Part shown: piece by piece, positions 18,817 through 30,226 of the stretch | How positions within the stretch are numbered: position 1 is the first letter of the stretch | Layout: each line of letters opens with the position of its first letter | Origin: a bacterium | Lineage (GTDB): Bacteria; UBA8248 | Reading direction: 5' to 3' | Length of the DNA: 64,000 nt | NCBI GenBank assembly: GCA_965199855.1 | Contig: OZ241326.1 | Coordinates: forward strand, 1,984,001 to 2,048,000 | Program-made: the position numbers and the translations under genes | The notes under the pieces: generated by a model | What the model was told of the DNA's origin: nothing | Seen by the model: only the letters and a program-made list of their open reading frames with translations | Databases searched by the model: none

Positions 18817-19802
18817 CCTTCGTTCGCCCGGAGCGCCGGGAGAATCTCCTCGCCCAGCAGCGTGAGGCGATGGGGGTTGACGTCGATGTCCGGGATGGTG
18901 AGCAGTATGTGGTTCACGCCCGCCCTGGGATATTCTCCGAGTCGGGCGGCGCAGTCGTCAGGCGTTCCGTAAATCGCTCCCGATTCGGGAATGACGCTCA
19001 GCCTCTCGCGGGCCGCTCTCGCCTTCGCCCTGTCTTTTTCGGGAATCAGCATGGCCATCAAGGAGGCGCGCACGGCGTCCGGGTCTCTTCCGCTCCTCTC
19101 GCATTCGGCCTCAATCGCGGGCCTCTTCTCCCGAAAACGCTCGGGCGTCCACCATCGGCAGTTGTAGCCGTCCGCTTGGCGCGCCGAGACGCCCAGAAGC
19201 TTCTCTCCTTCCCCGCCCGTCCAGATCGGCGGGTGGGGCTTCTGAACGGGCGGCGGCTGGCAAACGCCGTTTCGTATCTGAAAATATCCGCCCTCGAAAT
19301 CGGGGGAGTTTTTCGTCCACATGGCGCGAATCAGCTGAATGGCCTCCTCGAGCTGCTGAATCCTGACGGAGGCGCAGGGATACGGATACCCGAAAGCATG
19401 GTATTCACTTTCGATCCACCCCGCTCCGATCCCGAAGTCCACCCGCCCCTCGCTGATGACGTCGACGGTGGCCGCCATCTTCGCCAGCATCGCCGGCGGG
19501 CGATACCCCACGCACGTCACCAGCGTCCCCAGGCGAAGCGCGCGGGTGTCCCGCGCGAGGGCGGCGAGCGTCGTCCAGGGTTCGAGAATCGAGGTGTCCG
19601 CGGCCTGCTTTTCGTCGTCCTGGCTGCCGAACCCCGTCCGGCTGCCATAGGAGGCCGGATCGAGCGTCACGAAATGATCGCAATGCCAGAGGGAATGGAC
19701 GCCCATTCTCTCCGCTTCCTGCGCGATTTCCCGCAGTTTGCGATAGTCGCCGATATACAGGCCCTTGAGCGTCAGGGCCGCGATGACGCCGACTTCCACC
19801 AT
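18813..19802 (-). CDS. LLM-class flavin/F420-dependent oxidoreductase
   Basis: WHCDHF, EPWTTLAALA, LAKMAATVDVISEGR, PVQKPHPPIW. Confidence 0.88.
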   Translation of the reverse strand: MVEVGVIAALTLKGLYIGDYRKLREIAQEAERMGVHSLWHCDHFVTLDPASYGSRTGFGSQDDEKQAADTSILEPWTTLAALARDTRALRLGTLVTCVGYRPPAMLAKMAATVDVISEGRVDFGIGAGWIESEYHAFGYPYPCASVRIQQLEEAIQLIRAMWTKNSPDFEGGYFQIRNGVCQPPPVQKPHPPIWTGGEGEKLLGVSARQADGYNCRWWTPERFREKRPAIEAECERSGRDPDAVRASLMAMLIPEKDRAKARAARERLSVIPESGAIYGTPDDCAARLGEYPRAGVNHILLTIPDIDVNPHRLTLLGEEILPALRANEG

Positions 19803-19912
19803 GCTGCGCCTCCAGCGAGGGGCGTCAAAGCGCCGCGAAATGCGTTCGTTCGCGTCCACCTTACCAGCAATGCGGACGGGAAACGACCCCGGCCTTTCCC
19901 GCTTCTCAGGCG

Positions 19913-20794
19913 CTACTTGCCCAGCACGACGCCGAAAGCTCCCAGAACTGACAGGACGCCGCCCGCGACGACGCGCCAGCCCACCGCCTCCTGTTTTCTG
20001 AAAAACAGCCATGAGAGAAAGATAATCAACAGCACGGAGAGGCGATTCAGGGGAATGAGCTGAACGATGTCTCCCGTCTTGATGGACGACCAGAAGCAAA
20101 AAGCGGCCAGGGCGTTCAGGCACGAGCCGCCGAAAACGGCGAGGAGTCCCTTCCGCTCCCAAGACGCCGGTCTTCGCCCGTCCACGGAGAAGGGCAAAAC
20201 GGACAGCATGAAGAAAAGCGCCGTCATGCTGCCGATCGTCATCCCCAGGGAGGCGGATTTGATCACCTGGAGACCGAATTTTCCGAAAAGGTGCGTCATA
20301 GCGAACAGAACGGCCGTGCCCAGGGGCGCGAGGTAGTAATGCAGGGGAATGCGCCTTTGAATCTCCCCCCTTTCATAGACGAGAAGAATCGAACCCGCCA
20401 TGATGGCCAGCGTGCCCGCGGCGATGAGCCACGTCATGCGCTCGCCCGCGAAGGTCACCGCGAACAGCGACGCCCACACCAAGCTCGTCTGGGTGACGAT
20501 GGAGGAGCGCGCCAGCCCTACCAGCTTCATGCCGACGAGGCTCAGGTATCGGCCGACGCACGAGCCGGAAACGCCCATGGCCAGAAACCAGAGGACGCCT
20601 TCAAGCGGCCAGCGCGCCGCCCCGCCCTCCAGAAGATAGAAGGCGGAGCCGAAGCATATCTGCACGGCGGCCATGACGACGTTCATCACGACGGGGCTCA
20701 GCCGCGCCACGCCGACGCGGTAGAGCGTGCGCGCGCAGGCTATGAAGCAGGCGGCGATGAGCGCCAGGACGTTGGGATGGATGAAGTCGAGCAA
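19913..20794 (-). CDS. DMT/EamA-family transporter
   Basis: About 10 hydrophobic segments. Paralog of the neighbouring gene (MLDxIHPNVLAL). Confidence 0.85.
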   Translation of the reverse strand: MLDFIHPNVLALIAACFIACARTLYRVGVARLSPVVMNVVMAAVQICFGSAFYLLEGGAARWPLEGVLWFLAMGVSGSCVGRYLSLVGMKLVGLARSSIVTQTSLVWASLFAVTFAGERMTWLIAAGTLAIMAGSILLVYERGEIQRRIPLHYYLAPLGTAVLFAMTHLFGKFGLQVIKSASLGMTIGSMTALFFMLSVLPFSVDGRRPASWERKGLLAVFGGSCLNALAAFCFWSSIKTGDIVQLIPLNRLSVLLIIFLSWLFFRKQEAVGWRVVAGGVLSVLGAFGVVLGK

Positions 20795-20797
20795 CGC

Positions 20798-21685
20798 CTA
20801 TTTCCCCGCCACGATGACGAAGGCGCCCAGAAGCGCCAGGCATCCGCCGAGGACGACGCGCCAGGTCACGTTCTCCTGACGCCTGAACAGCAGCCAGGAG
20901 AGAAAAATGATCAGCAGGACGGAGAGGCGGGTCAATGGGATGACGCGGGTGATCTCGCCGAGCTTCACCGAGGACCAGAAGAAGAAAATGGCGCAGCCCT
21001 GAAAGGCGGCGCCCAGCAGAAGGACAAGAAGCCCCTTTCCGTTCCCCGACCCGCCTGGAGCCGCCCTCTCCCGCGCGAAGGGCAGCATTCCCAGCAGGAG
21101 CGCCAGCGAGGTCGTGTTGGCGACCGCCATCCCGAAGGCGGAGGAGGAAATCCACTCGAACGCGAATTTTCCCACCAGATGGGCGAAGGCGTACATCACC
21201 GCCGAGGCGATGGGGATCAGATAATAGAGAAGCGGAACCCTGCGGCCGACGTCTCCTTTGGGGTCATAGACGAGCATACTCGCCCCGCACATGACGCCCG
21301 CGATGCCGAGCGCCTTCTGGAGCGTCATTCGCTCCCCCAGGATGAAAACGGCCAGCAACGAAGCCCATACCAGGACGGTCTGACTCATCACCGCCGCGCG
21401 CGCCAGCCCCGTCCAGCGGATGGCGATGAAATTGATGTATCGCCCCGAGAAACTCCCGAAGAAGCCCATCGCCATGAACCACAGCACGCCCTGCCAGGGC
21501 GTCCGTCCGGGCGCGCCCTCCAGCCAGCAGAAAATCCAGCCCAGGGACGCCGTCACGCAGCCCATGAGCAGATTGGCCGTGTGCATTTTCATCCGCGCGA
21601 TCGCGTAGCGCTGCGAGACGCGGGCGAAGGCGATGAGCGCGGCCGAGCAAAGAGCCAGGACGTTGGGATGGATGGCGTCAAGCAA
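20798..21685 (-). CDS. DMT/EamA-family transporter
   Basis: About 10 hydrophobic segments, ILGERMT motif. Tandem paralog. Confidence 0.85.
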   Translation of the reverse strand: MLDAIHPNVLALCSAALIAFARVSQRYAIARMKMHTANLLMGCVTASLGWIFCWLEGAPGRTPWQGVLWFMAMGFFGSFSGRYINFIAIRWTGLARAAVMSQTVLVWASLLAVFILGERMTLQKALGIAGVMCGASMLVYDPKGDVGRRVPLLYYLIPIASAVMYAFAHLVGKFAFEWISSSAFGMAVANTTSLALLLGMLPFARERAAPGGSGNGKGLLVLLLGAAFQGCAIFFFWSSVKLGEITRVIPLTRLSVLLIIFLSWLLFRRQENVTWRVVLGGCLALLGAFVIVAGK

Positions 21686-22168
21686 AGCGTCAGCCTCTCA
21701 CGCGAAATTCACGCGCGCCGGCCGCGCCTGCGGGAGCGGCGTCCCGCGAACCGCGCCTGCAAAGCCGATGCGGACGGCATGATAAAGCCTGAATCTTGGC
21801 ATGGAGGATTTCGGACAAGAAATTTCCTAACCGGCAGTGTGTAGAGGAACAATTATGGCATGGAACCCCCTCCTTGCGACAGACTCACGCGCCCCGAAGC
21901 GCAAAAACGCCGCAATCTTTGGCATGAAGGCGAAAGCGCGCGGCGGACCGCGCACTCTTATGGCGGCGCAGGGGAGGCCCGACAGTTCATCCGAAAGAAG
22001 GCGGAAGGCCGCGTTTCCGAGAGGAGCGGGGCGCGTCCAGAAAGTCCGCATCGCCCCCCGCGGCGCGGAAAGGAAGAAGGATGATTCAGGGGCGAAGACG
22101 CCGCGTCAACTCAGGGGGTGGAATGCGCCCCTGGCCGTCACGGGAAAACGAAATTTCAGGGGAGGCGC

Positions 22169-22648
22169 CTATATCTCGTCCAGCTTCTTGTCGACGGCTT
22201 TGGGACCCCGGTAGCCCGGAAAATTCTCTACATAGGGGCAATCTTCCGGCAAGCCCCCCATTTCGATGATTTCGGCCCCGATGGGCATGCACATCGGCTC
22301 TTTCTCGAAGCGTTCGGCATAGACGCGGCATTGGTTCGTCTCGAGGTCGAGATAGGCGCACGCGCTCGCGAGCAGAAGAAGCCCTTTCCCCTCCCACACC
22401 TTGTCATAGCAACACTTCCCGCAGCCGTTGCAAAGCGCCTCCCATTCAGGGGTGCCCGCGGGCGGCAGGTTCTCATCCATCCATCTCTGAATCTCGTCTA
22501 TGCGGCGCTCCCTGGCCGTCCTGTAGATGGGCATGATTTCGGGAGCGTCCCGCTTGCGGGGCGCGAGTTCGCGTGACTTCGCATCCAAACCGCCCCGCCC
22601 GCGCTTTCTTTTCCTGGGACTGGCTCGCAGACGCGCCTCGGAGGCCAT
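22169..22648 (-). CDS. YcgN-family cysteine-cluster protein (start uncertain, possibly 22534)
   Basis: WEALCNGCGKCC, ACAYLD, CRVYAERF, LPEDCPYV. Confidence 0.75.
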   Translation of the reverse strand: MASEARLRASPRKRKRGRGGLDAKSRELAPRKRDAPEIMPIYRTARERRIDEIQRWMDENLPPAGTPEWEALCNGCGKCCYDKVWEGKGLLLLASACAYLDLETNQCRVYAERFEKEPMCMPIGAEIIEMGGLPEDCPYVENFPGYRGPKAVDKKLDEI

Positions 22649-22651
22649 GCG

Positions 22652-23440
22652 TCAACGATCCCGGAACCCGGCGGCGCGCTTTTCGATGAACGCCCGAAGC
22701 CCTTCCTGCGAATCCTCGGTGCTGTTCACCAAGCCGAATTTCTCGGTTTCGAGCGCCAGCCCCGCATCAAGACCGGCCTCGCTCCCTCCATGCGCCGCCT
22801 CCAGGATGAATTCGAGGGCGGGGCGGCTTTTGGAGGCCAGTTTCCGCGCGAGCGCCCTCGCCTCGGCCATCAGGGCGTCCGGCTCGCAGACCTTGTTCAC
22901 CAGACCGATGCGAAAAGCCTCCTCGGCGCTTATCGCCTCGCCCGTCATCAATATCTCCAGGGCGCGCCCCATTCCGACGAGCCGGGGCAGGCGCTGGGTG
23001 CCGCCGTAGCCGGGGATGATTCCCAGGTTGATTTCCGGCTGGCCGAACTGCGCGTTCGCCGACGCCAAACGAATCGAACACGCCATCGCCACCTCGCAAC
23101 CGCCCCCGAGAGCGAATCCGTTGACCGCCGCAATCGTAGGCTTTCCAATGGTTTCCAGATCCCGAAGAATCCTCGTGCCGCGCTCCGAGAGCCCACGCGC
23201 CTCAATGGGGCTCCGGCCCGCCATACCCTTGATGTCCGCGCCGGCGATGAAGGCGCGCTCGCCCGCGCCCGTCAATATCAATACTTTCAGCGCGTTATCA
23301 TCCCTGAATTCAGAAATGACGCGAGCCAGTTCGTCCATCGTATCCGTGTTCAGGGCGTTCAGCGCCTCGGGACGATTGAATACGCACGTGGCGACACGCT
23401 CACCCGCATCAGATTCATAGATTAAGTTTTTGTAATTCAA
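22652..23440 (-). CDS. Enoyl-CoA hydratase (crotonase)
   Basis: [43 protein letters not shown]. Confidence 0.92.
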   Translation of the reverse strand: MNYKNLIYESDAGERVATCVFNRPEALNALNTDTMDELARVISEFRDDNALKVLILTGAGERAFIAGADIKGMAGRSPIEARGLSERGTRILRDLETIGKPTIAAVNGFALGGGCEVAMACSIRLASANAQFGQPEINLGIIPGYGGTQRLPRLVGMGRALEILMTGEAISAEEAFRIGLVNKVCEPDALMAEARALARKLASKSRPALEFILEAAHGGSEAGLDAGLALETEKFGLVNSTEDSQEGLRAFIEKRAAGFRDR

Positions 23441-23523
23441 ATGGTTATCATCCTATTCCTTGAAATTTCTTAAAAAACGAAAGTTATGGAAAACACCGCT
23501 TTGGGGCGATGATATGGTTCCCC

Positions 23524-23548
23524 CTCATTCAGGCGAAAGCCTGAATCC
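23524..23548 (+). repeat. Isolated variant of the GTCATTCC-type REP palindrome
   Basis: CTCATTCAGGCGAAAGCCTGAATCC, a compensatory C-G to A-T pair change relative to 6702-6726. Confidence 0.7.
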
Positions 23549-23626
23549 AGTGTTTCCCCTCGGATCTCTAGTTGCGGCTTTCGGCACAATGACGGTGAAA
23601 GCCACTTCTTTCCCCCACCTCCGGCG

Positions 23627-24817
23627 TCAGTCTCCATACGCCTCCACGACGATCGAAAGCCCCATGCCGCCGCCGATGCACGCCCCCGCCAGGCCGTATT
23701 TGCCGCCCCGGCGGCGCAACTCGCGCAGAATCGTGAGCGTGAGCCGCGCTCCGCTCGCCCCCACCGGATGGCCGATGGCGATGGCGCCGCCGTTCACGTT
23801 CGTCTTCTCGCGATCCAGCCCCAGCTCCTTCTCCACCGCCAGATACTGAGCGGAGAACGCCTCGTTGATCTCGATCAGGTCCATGTCGTCGAGCTCGAGG
23901 CCCGCCTTGTCGAGCGCGATGCGGCTGCTCTGCGCGGGGCCGATGCCCATGATCTTCGGGTCGCACCCCGACACCCCCCAGGAGACCAGCCGTCCGATGG
24001 GCTCGCGCCCGAGGCGCTCGGCCGCCGCCCGCGAGGAGATTACCAGCGCGGCCGCCCCGTCGTTGATGCCGCTCGCGTTGCCGGCCGTCACCACGCCGTC
24101 CTCCTTGAACACGGGACGAAGCCGGGCAAGGGATTCCGCGTCCGAATCCGGCCGGGGGTGCTCGTCGCGCTCGAAGAGAGTCGTTTTTTTCCGCTCCTTC
24201 ACCTCGACGGGGAAGCACTCCTCCGCCAGCCTCCCGCTTTCCCAAGCGTCATGCGCCCGCGCCTGGCTGAGCGCCGCGAACTCGTCCACGCCCTCTCGAT
24301 GCAGGTCGTATTTTTCGGCCAGATTCTCCGCCGTGACGCCCATCGGCACGTTGGCCTGCGTGTCGGTGAGCGCCATGTAGAGCGAGTCCTCCATCGGCGC
24401 CTCGAACAGTTTGATGCCGGTTCTCGAATTCCTGATGACGTGGGGGGTGAGGCTCATGTTCTCGGCTCCCACGGCGAGCACCACTTCGGCGTCCTCGGTC
24501 ATGATTTCCTTCGCCCCGCTCACGACCGCCTGAAAGCCCGAGGCGCACATGCGGTTCACGCAGTAGCCGGGCCTGTCCTGCGGAACGCCCGCCGCCAAGG
24601 CGACGTGGCGACCAATATAGACGCCGTCCGAGTTCGACTGGATGACGTTGCCCACCACGGTGTGGTCGATGTCCTCAGGAGAGACGCCCGCGCGCGTCAT
24701 CGCCTCCTTCGCCGCCAGGGTCCCCAGCCGCGTGGCCGACATCTCCTTCAAAGAGCCGAGAAACCCGCCGAACGGCGTCCGCGCGCCGCCCAGAAAAACA
24801 ACGTCCTTGTCCGACAT
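23627..24817 (-). CDS. Acetyl-CoA C-acyltransferase (thiolase)
   Basis: [26 protein letters not shown]. Confidence 0.93.
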   Translation of the reverse strand: MSDKDVVFLGGARTPFGGFLGSLKEMSATRLGTLAAKEAMTRAGVSPEDIDHTVVGNVIQSNSDGVYIGRHVALAAGVPQDRPGYCVNRMCASGFQAVVSGAKEIMTEDAEVVLAVGAENMSLTPHVIRNSRTGIKLFEAPMEDSLYMALTDTQANVPMGVTAENLAEKYDLHREGVDEFAALSQARAHDAWESGRLAEECFPVEVKERKKTTLFERDEHPRPDSDAESLARLRPVFKEDGVVTAGNASGINDGAAALVISSRAAAERLGREPIGRLVSWGVSGCDPKIMGIGPAQSSRIALDKAGLELDDMDLIEINEAFSAQYLAVEKELGLDREKTNVNGGAIAIGHPVGASGARLTLTILRELRRRGGKYGLAGACIGGGMGLSIVVEAYGD

Positions 24818-24997
24818 TCTCCCGCGCCCTCCCGCTTCGTTTGTCAGGAAACGAAATTTTCAATTTTATTCTTCCATACCCCACCATACCGCCCAGACGG
24901 AGCGACGCGCAAGGTTCATCCTCTGTCGCCCGTCCCCCAAAGGCTGTTTTCAGGCGAAGACACTTTCTCTTCCGAAACACTCGTATTCGACGATTCC

Positions 24998-26056
24998 TCA
25001 TCGCATCCACGAAAGCGGGGTTTCGGCGTCTCCGCGAAGTCTTCTCGCCGCGTCTTTGGCGAAATAGGTGAGGATGATGTCCGCCCCCGCCCGCTTGATG
25101 GAGGTGAGCATTTCGAGAAACGCGCGCTCGGGGTCGAGCCATCCGTTTCGGGTGGCCGCCGCCAGCATGGCGAACTCACCCGAAACGTTGTAGGCGGCAA
25201 CGGGAAGATCCGACGCCTCGCGCGCTTTGGCGATGACGTCGAGATAGACGAGCGCGGGCTTCACCATGACGATGTCCGCTCCCTCCTCGACGTCGAACCT
25301 GATCTCGCGCGTAGCCTCGCGCGCGTTGGCCGGGTCCATCTGATACGAGCTCCTGTCGCCGAAGGCGGGCGCGCTCTCCGCCGCCTCGCGGAAGGGGCCG
25401 TAGTAGGCGCTCGAGAATTTCGCCGAATAGGCCATGACGGGCGTCTGGGCAAATCCGCCCGCGTCGAGCGCCGCGCGAATCGCGCCCACGCGGCCGTCCA
25501 TCATGTCCGAGGGAGCGATGATATCGGCGCCCGCCTCCGCGTGGCTCACCGCCGTCTTCTCTAGAAGCGCGAGCGTCGGGTCGTTCAGAATCTTGTCGTC
25601 TTCGATGACGCCGCAATGGCCGTGATCCATATATTCGCAAAGGCAGACGTCCGTGATGACGCACAAATCGGGCCAGGCGCTTTTCAAGGCTCGCGCCGCG
25701 CTCTGGACGACGCCGTCTTCCGCGTAGGCCTGGCTGGCGCGCTCGTCCTTGTGATCGGGAATCCCGAACAGGGTGACGCCCGGAATGTCGAGGGCGGCGA
25801 TTTCCGCACAGTCGGCAACCAGCTGATCGACGGAGAGCTGGAATTGTCCAGGCATCGAGGAAATTTCCCGCCGGACGTTCTCCCCTTCGACCACGAACAT
25901 AGGGTAGATGAGATCATCGACCGAGAGGCGCGTCTCGCGCACCATGCGCCGCATGGCAGCCGTCGCCCGCGTGCGCCGCGTCCGGTTCCTCACCTCGCTC
26001 CTGATCGTCGAGAGGCCGGAGATTTCTTCGGAGGTGAGGTCATAAGCGTCTCGCAT
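24998..26056 (-). CDS. hemB: Porphobilinogen synthase, Zn-type
   Basis: [34 protein letters not shown]. Start approximate. Confidence 0.93.
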   Translation of the reverse strand: MRDAYDLTSEEISGLSTIRSEVRNRTRRTRATAAMRRMVRETRLSVDDLIYPMFVVEGENVRREISSMPGQFQLSVDQLVADCAEIAALDIPGVTLFGIPDHKDERASQAYAEDGVVQSAARALKSAWPDLCVITDVCLCEYMDHGHCGVIEDDKILNDPTLALLEKTAVSHAEAGADIIAPSDMMDGRVGAIRAALDAGGFAQTPVMAYSAKFSSAYYGPFREAAESAPAFGDRSSYQMDPANAREATREIRFDVEEGADIVMVKPALVYLDVIAKAREASDLPVAAYNVSGEFAMLAAATRNGWLDPERAFLEMLTSIKRAGADIILTYFAKDAARRLRGDAETPLSWMR

Positions 26057-26115
26057 AGGTTGCGCTATCCTTTCCCTGAATGGCGAGGCGGAATCGATTC
26101 CGGAATCTTGGGGCT

Positions 26116-26967
26116 TTACGCTCCGCACCCGGCGCGCCGCTCTCCCCGCTCCGACTCCCGATAAAAGGAGATAATGGCGCGCGTCATACCCGAAATCGTG
26201 GACTCGACCGCTTCCACGTCGGGCGCGACGTCCCATTTCCGCGCCGCGGCGGTGGTTGCCGGGCCGATGGACGCCACGCGCGCGCGCCTCATCCATTTTC
26301 TTGCTCTCTCCTCGCCCGCCGCTCTCACGAAGGCGTTCAACGCGGAGGGGCTGGCGAACGTCAGCATATCAATTTTTCCGGTCTCAATCTCCCCGAAAGC
26401 ATCGCGCAGCGCCTCGCGCCCCACGGGCGTCGTCCGGTAGGCGGGCGCGTCGTCCACCAGGGCGCCCATTTCGAGCAGTGCCCTGGGAACGGCGTCGCGC
26501 CCTTCCTGCGCCCTGGGCAGGAGAACCCGCCTGCCCGCCATTTTCTCACCTTCGAGAAGCGCGACGACGCCTTCAGCCTCGTATTTTTTCGCCACTTTCG
26601 AGGGAGCTCTTCGCAGATGTCTCTCCATCGCTGCCGCCGTCGCTGGACCGATGGCCAGAAGCGGCGTTTTCGCGGGAAGCGTTTCAGGGCCGACGCCCAG
26701 GCTTTTGAGCCTTTTCGCCAGATATTTCGGGCTATTCGCGCTCGTGAAGATAACCCAGTCATACGCCTGAATCTCGCGTATTGCGGCGTCCAGCGGCGCC
26801 CAATCCTCCGGCCCGCATATTCGAATAGTCGGCGCAATCACCGCGCGCGCGCCCAGGCCTTCCAGCGTTTCGCCCATGCGCGCGGCGCCCTTTCCGGGGC
26901 GCGTCACGAGGATTCGCCTGCCCGCTAGCGGGCGCGCGTCAGCTCCCCGGCTCCAGGCGCCGCTCAT
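26116..26967 (-). CDS. hemD: Uroporphyrinogen-III synthase
   Basis: ILVTRP, FTSAN, IGPATA, FASPS; lies in the hem operon. Confidence 0.88.
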   Translation of the reverse strand: MSGAWSRGADARPLAGRRILVTRPGKGAARMGETLEGLGARAVIAPTIRICGPEDWAPLDAAIREIQAYDWVIFTSANSPKYLAKRLKSLGVGPETLPAKTPLLAIGPATAAAMERHLRRAPSKVAKKYEAEGVVALLEGEKMAGRRVLLPRAQEGRDAVPRALLEMGALVDDAPAYRTTPVGREALRDAFGEIETGKIDMLTFASPSALNAFVRAAGEERARKWMRRARVASIGPATTAAARKWDVAPDVEAVESTISGMTRAIISFYRESERGERRAGCGA

Positions 26968-27884
26968 CGCGCGGATCTCAGTATCTCCGCCCCTCCGCGC
27001 GTGAGAACGTCCTCGGCCAGATCATCCGCCAGCCGCATGGCGTCCTCAGGCCTCCCCGCTCTCTTCTTTTCCACCATCCGCGCGCCGTCAACGCTCGCAA
27101 GACGCGCCGCGATGTGAAACGCCCCCTTGCGCATCTCGGCGAAAACGGCCAAGGGTAACCTGCACCCCCCCTCGAGGCGCGCCATGACGACGCGCTCCGC
27201 CGAAACGGCCAATCTCGTCGTCTGATGATCCATCCCACGGACGAGTTTGCGGGCGGCGGCATCTCCACTCCTTATCTCGATCGCAAGAGCGCCCTGCCCC
27301 GGGGCCGGCAACATGATCTCGGGCGCGAGCGACTCGGTCGCCCGCTCCTCCAGTCCAAGCCGCTTCAAGCCCGCCAAGGCCAGGATGGCGCCATCCACCT
27401 CGCCCGACGCCACCTTTTCGAGCCGCGTATCCACATTTCCGCGCAGAGGCTCGATTTCGAGGTCGCCGCGAAACCGCCTGAGCTGGGCGACTCTCCTCAA
27501 ACTGCCCGTGCCGATTCTGGCGCCCGGCGCCAGACCGCAAATCGATTCCCCGCCCCGCGACACGAGCGCGTCCCAAGGCTCCTCCCTGCGGGGGATCGCG
27601 CCCAGCGCGAGGCCTTCGGGCAGTTCGCCCGGCAAGTCCTTAAGACTGTGGACAGCGGCGTCGATTTCGCCCCTCAGCAGGGCGTCCTCGATCTCCTTGA
27701 CGAAAAGGCCCTTGTCGCCCAGCGCGTGAATCGGGGAGGACAGCATCGCGTCTCCCCGCGTGCGGATGGCGACTTCCTCCACATCGAGGCCCGGGTTCAA
27801 ACTCCGCAACGACGCGGCCGCCTGCGCCGTCTGCGCGCGCGCCAGCGCGCTGCCCCGCGTGCCGAGGCGCAGCCGTTCGCTCAT
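26964..27884 (-). CDS. hemC: Hydroxymethylbilane synthase
   Basis: GTRGSALA, KGLFVKEIE, VHSLKD, RGNVDTRL, EGGC. Confidence 0.95.
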   Translation of the reverse strand: MSERLRLGTRGSALARAQTAQAAASLRSLNPGLDVEEVAIRTRGDAMLSSPIHALGDKGLFVKEIEDALLRGEIDAAVHSLKDLPGELPEGLALGAIPRREEPWDALVSRGGESICGLAPGARIGTGSLRRVAQLRRFRGDLEIEPLRGNVDTRLEKVASGEVDGAILALAGLKRLGLEERATESLAPEIMLPAPGQGALAIEIRSGDAAARKLVRGMDHQTTRLAVSAERVVMARLEGGCRLPLAVFAEMRKGAFHIAARLASVDGARMVEKKRAGRPEDAMRLADDLAEDVLTRGGAEILRSAR

Positions 27885-27886
27885 TT

Positions 27887-29197
27887 TTAGTCCGATTCGT
27901 CCGGCGGCGCATCGGGCGGAGGCTCCCGGCTTTCAATCTCCACGCCAAAGAGTTTCTGGACGGATTCCACGGAAATGCCATCCGCGTCCCCCTCGCTCAT
28001 CCGTCGGAGGACGGCGAAGGGGTGGTGGAGGAGCTTGTTCACCAGCGCCTTTGTCATGGCGTCCAAGGCTCCACGCCCGCTCTGCCCAAGTTCGGGCAGG
28101 CGCGGCAGGGTTTTCTCGACTTCGCTTCGGCGCATCGCCTCCGCCAGCGAGCGGATGGCAGCAAGGGTATTCCGGAGGTCTTTCGCCTCCTTGCGGGCGA
28201 GATAGGTCCGAACCTCGCTTTCGATGATGGCGAGCGCGCTTCGGGCAACCTCCTCGCGGCCCCGCAGGTTGTCCGCCACGACGGACTGAAGATCGTCCAA
28301 GTCATAGAGATAGGCGTCTTCCAGGTCGTTCACGTCGGGAGCGACGTTTCGCGGCACGGAGATGTCGATGAGAAAAACGGGCGCGCCGCGGCGCCGTTCG
28401 AGAGCGGCGGCCACGTCCGACTTGTCGAGGACGAAAGCGGGCGCGGCCGTGGAGGCGATGACCACGTCGGCGTCGACGAGCGCTTCGCCCAGACTTCCGA
28501 AGCCCATGGCGCGGCCATCCAGCCTGGCGGCCAGCTCCTGCGCGCGGGCGAGCGTCCTGTTCGCCACGCGGAGGGCGTCGGCCCCGTTCGCCTTGAGATG
28601 CCTCGCCGCCGCCTCCGCCATCTCGCCCGCCCCCAGCAGAAGCACTTTCTTCCCCGAGAGGGAGCCGAAAATCCTTTTGGCCAGATCCACGGCGACGGAA
28701 CTGACCGACACCGGCGTCTCGCCTATCGCGGTCTGCTCGCGAATCTTCTTCGCCACCCGAAACGCGCGGGAGAAAAGCTGCGCGAGCGTCTTTCCGGCGT
28801 GTCCCGACGCGTGGGCGACCCGGTAGGCTTCCTTCACCTGACCGAGAATCTGCGGTTCGCCCACCACCATGGAGTCGAGGCTCGACGCCACGGCGAACAG
28901 ATGCCGCGTGGCCTCGGCCTCGCGGTGAACGTAGAGATGGGCGTCAAGCTCGCGGGCGGCGATGTCGCGCGAGTCCAGGAAAAATCGGTGAATCGCGTCA
29001 AGTCCCCGCTCGAAATCGGCCGCCGCGCTGTAGACCTCCACCCGGTTGCAGGTCGAAAGGATGAGGCGCTCCTCCAGCCCGCGGTAGTCCGCCAGCCGGT
29101 CGAGCCACTCGCCCATGCGCCCCTCGGGGAAATAAAGGCGCTCCCGGACGCTGAGCGGCGTGTTGTGATGACTCACGCCGGCGAGAATGACGGGCAT
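27887..29197 (-). CDS. hemA: Glutamyl-tRNA reductase
   Basis: LSTCNRVE, LDSMVVGEPQILGQ, GAGEMA, DISVPRN. Confidence 0.95.
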   Translation of the reverse strand: MPVILAGVSHHNTPLSVRERLYFPEGRMGEWLDRLADYRGLEERLILSTCNRVEVYSAAADFERGLDAIHRFFLDSRDIAARELDAHLYVHREAEATRHLFAVASSLDSMVVGEPQILGQVKEAYRVAHASGHAGKTLAQLFSRAFRVAKKIREQTAIGETPVSVSSVAVDLAKRIFGSLSGKKVLLLGAGEMAEAAARHLKANGADALRVANRTLARAQELAARLDGRAMGFGSLGEALVDADVVIASTAAPAFVLDKSDVAAALERRRGAPVFLIDISVPRNVAPDVNDLEDAYLYDLDDLQSVVADNLRGREEVARSALAIIESEVRTYLARKEAKDLRNTLAAIRSLAEAMRRSEVEKTLPRLPELGQSGRGALDAMTKALVNKLLHHPFAVLRRMSEGDADGISVESVQKLFGVEIESREPPPDAPPDESD

Positions 29198-29212
29198 CTC
29201 TCTCCCCACTCC

Positions 29213-29980
29213 CTAAAGATGGACGACCAGCGCGAGGAGCGCGCCCACGAAGGCCAGCATCGCGACAACGGCGGAGCGCTTTCCCTTCCAGCTTCTGGTG
29301 AGCCGGCAGACGAGCAGGACGCCATACGCGCCCCAGATGAACAGCAGGGGCAAAGTTCGCACCGGGTCGAGGCTCCAGTAGGCGCCGTGGCGCGATTTCG
29401 CCCACATCGAGCCGAGCAACAGGCTCGCTGTGAGGAACGCGAAGCCGAAATAGAGTATCTTGTGGTTCAGGTCGTCCAGAATGTCGAGCGAGGGCAGGCG
29501 GTGCAGCCAGGCGTTCGGCCTTCTCGACTTGAGCTGCCCCGACTGCACGAGATACATGAGCGCCGAGGCGAAGAGAAGGAAGAACGCGGCCGAACTCAGC
29601 AGGGCGAGCACGGCGTGGCCCTTGAGCAGATAGCCTTCCACGGCGCTCGAACCCGCTCCCCAGACGCCCGGAAAGGCGGAGGCGTAGCCCTTGAGGACGA
29701 ACGCGGCCGGCACGGCGAAGCCGCCCAGGGCGATGTCCCGATAGCGCGCATAGACGAGCAGATACATCAGCAGGATCACCCACGCCATGCCGCTCAGCCA
29801 AGGTCCCCAGCCCGGAGGCGCGCCGGAGACGAAACTCGCCCCGAGCATCAGGGTGTGCAGGGTGAAGCCCAGGATCAGCGCGCCCAGCGCGTAGAGGACT
29901 CCGGCGGACCTGCCTGTGCAGAGCAGATACAGATGCGTGAACGCCGAGACGAGATAGCAGCCGATCAGAATGGCGACCAC
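29213..29980 (-). CDS. ccsA: Cytochrome c assembly family membrane protein (CcsA/HemX-like)
   Basis: RLPSLDILD, GSMWA...WSLDP; first gene of the hem operon. Confidence 0.75.
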   Translation of the reverse strand: MVAILIGCYLVSAFTHLYLLCTGRSAGVLYALGALILGFTLHTLMLGASFVSGAPPGWGPWLSGMAWVILLMYLLVYARYRDIALGGFAVPAAFVLKGYASAFPGVWGAGSSAVEGYLLKGHAVLALLSSAAFFLLFASALMYLVQSGQLKSRRPNAWLHRLPSLDILDDLNHKILYFGFAFLTASLLLGSMWAKSRHGAYWSLDPVRTLPLLFIWGAYGVLLVCRLTRSWKGKRSAVVAMLAFVGALLALVVHL

Positions 29981-30226
29981 GGGATTTCCCTCTCAGCCCA
30001 AGGAGGCGGCTTCCGGCGCCAAAAGCGCCCGCGCGCGCCCTGCCCTCCGAAAGCGGGGCGCATCATTTAGACCACCATTTTGGGCGTTTTGCAATAATCT
30101 CTCCTCCGAGCGCGTCCGTCCGTCCCCATTCCGAGAGTTTTCCGCGCTTCCGATTGGCGGAAACGTCTAACGCCCACTATACTCGTCAAGCCCGTCCGCC
30201 CTCGATCTCGGGAGTGTCGAGAGACC

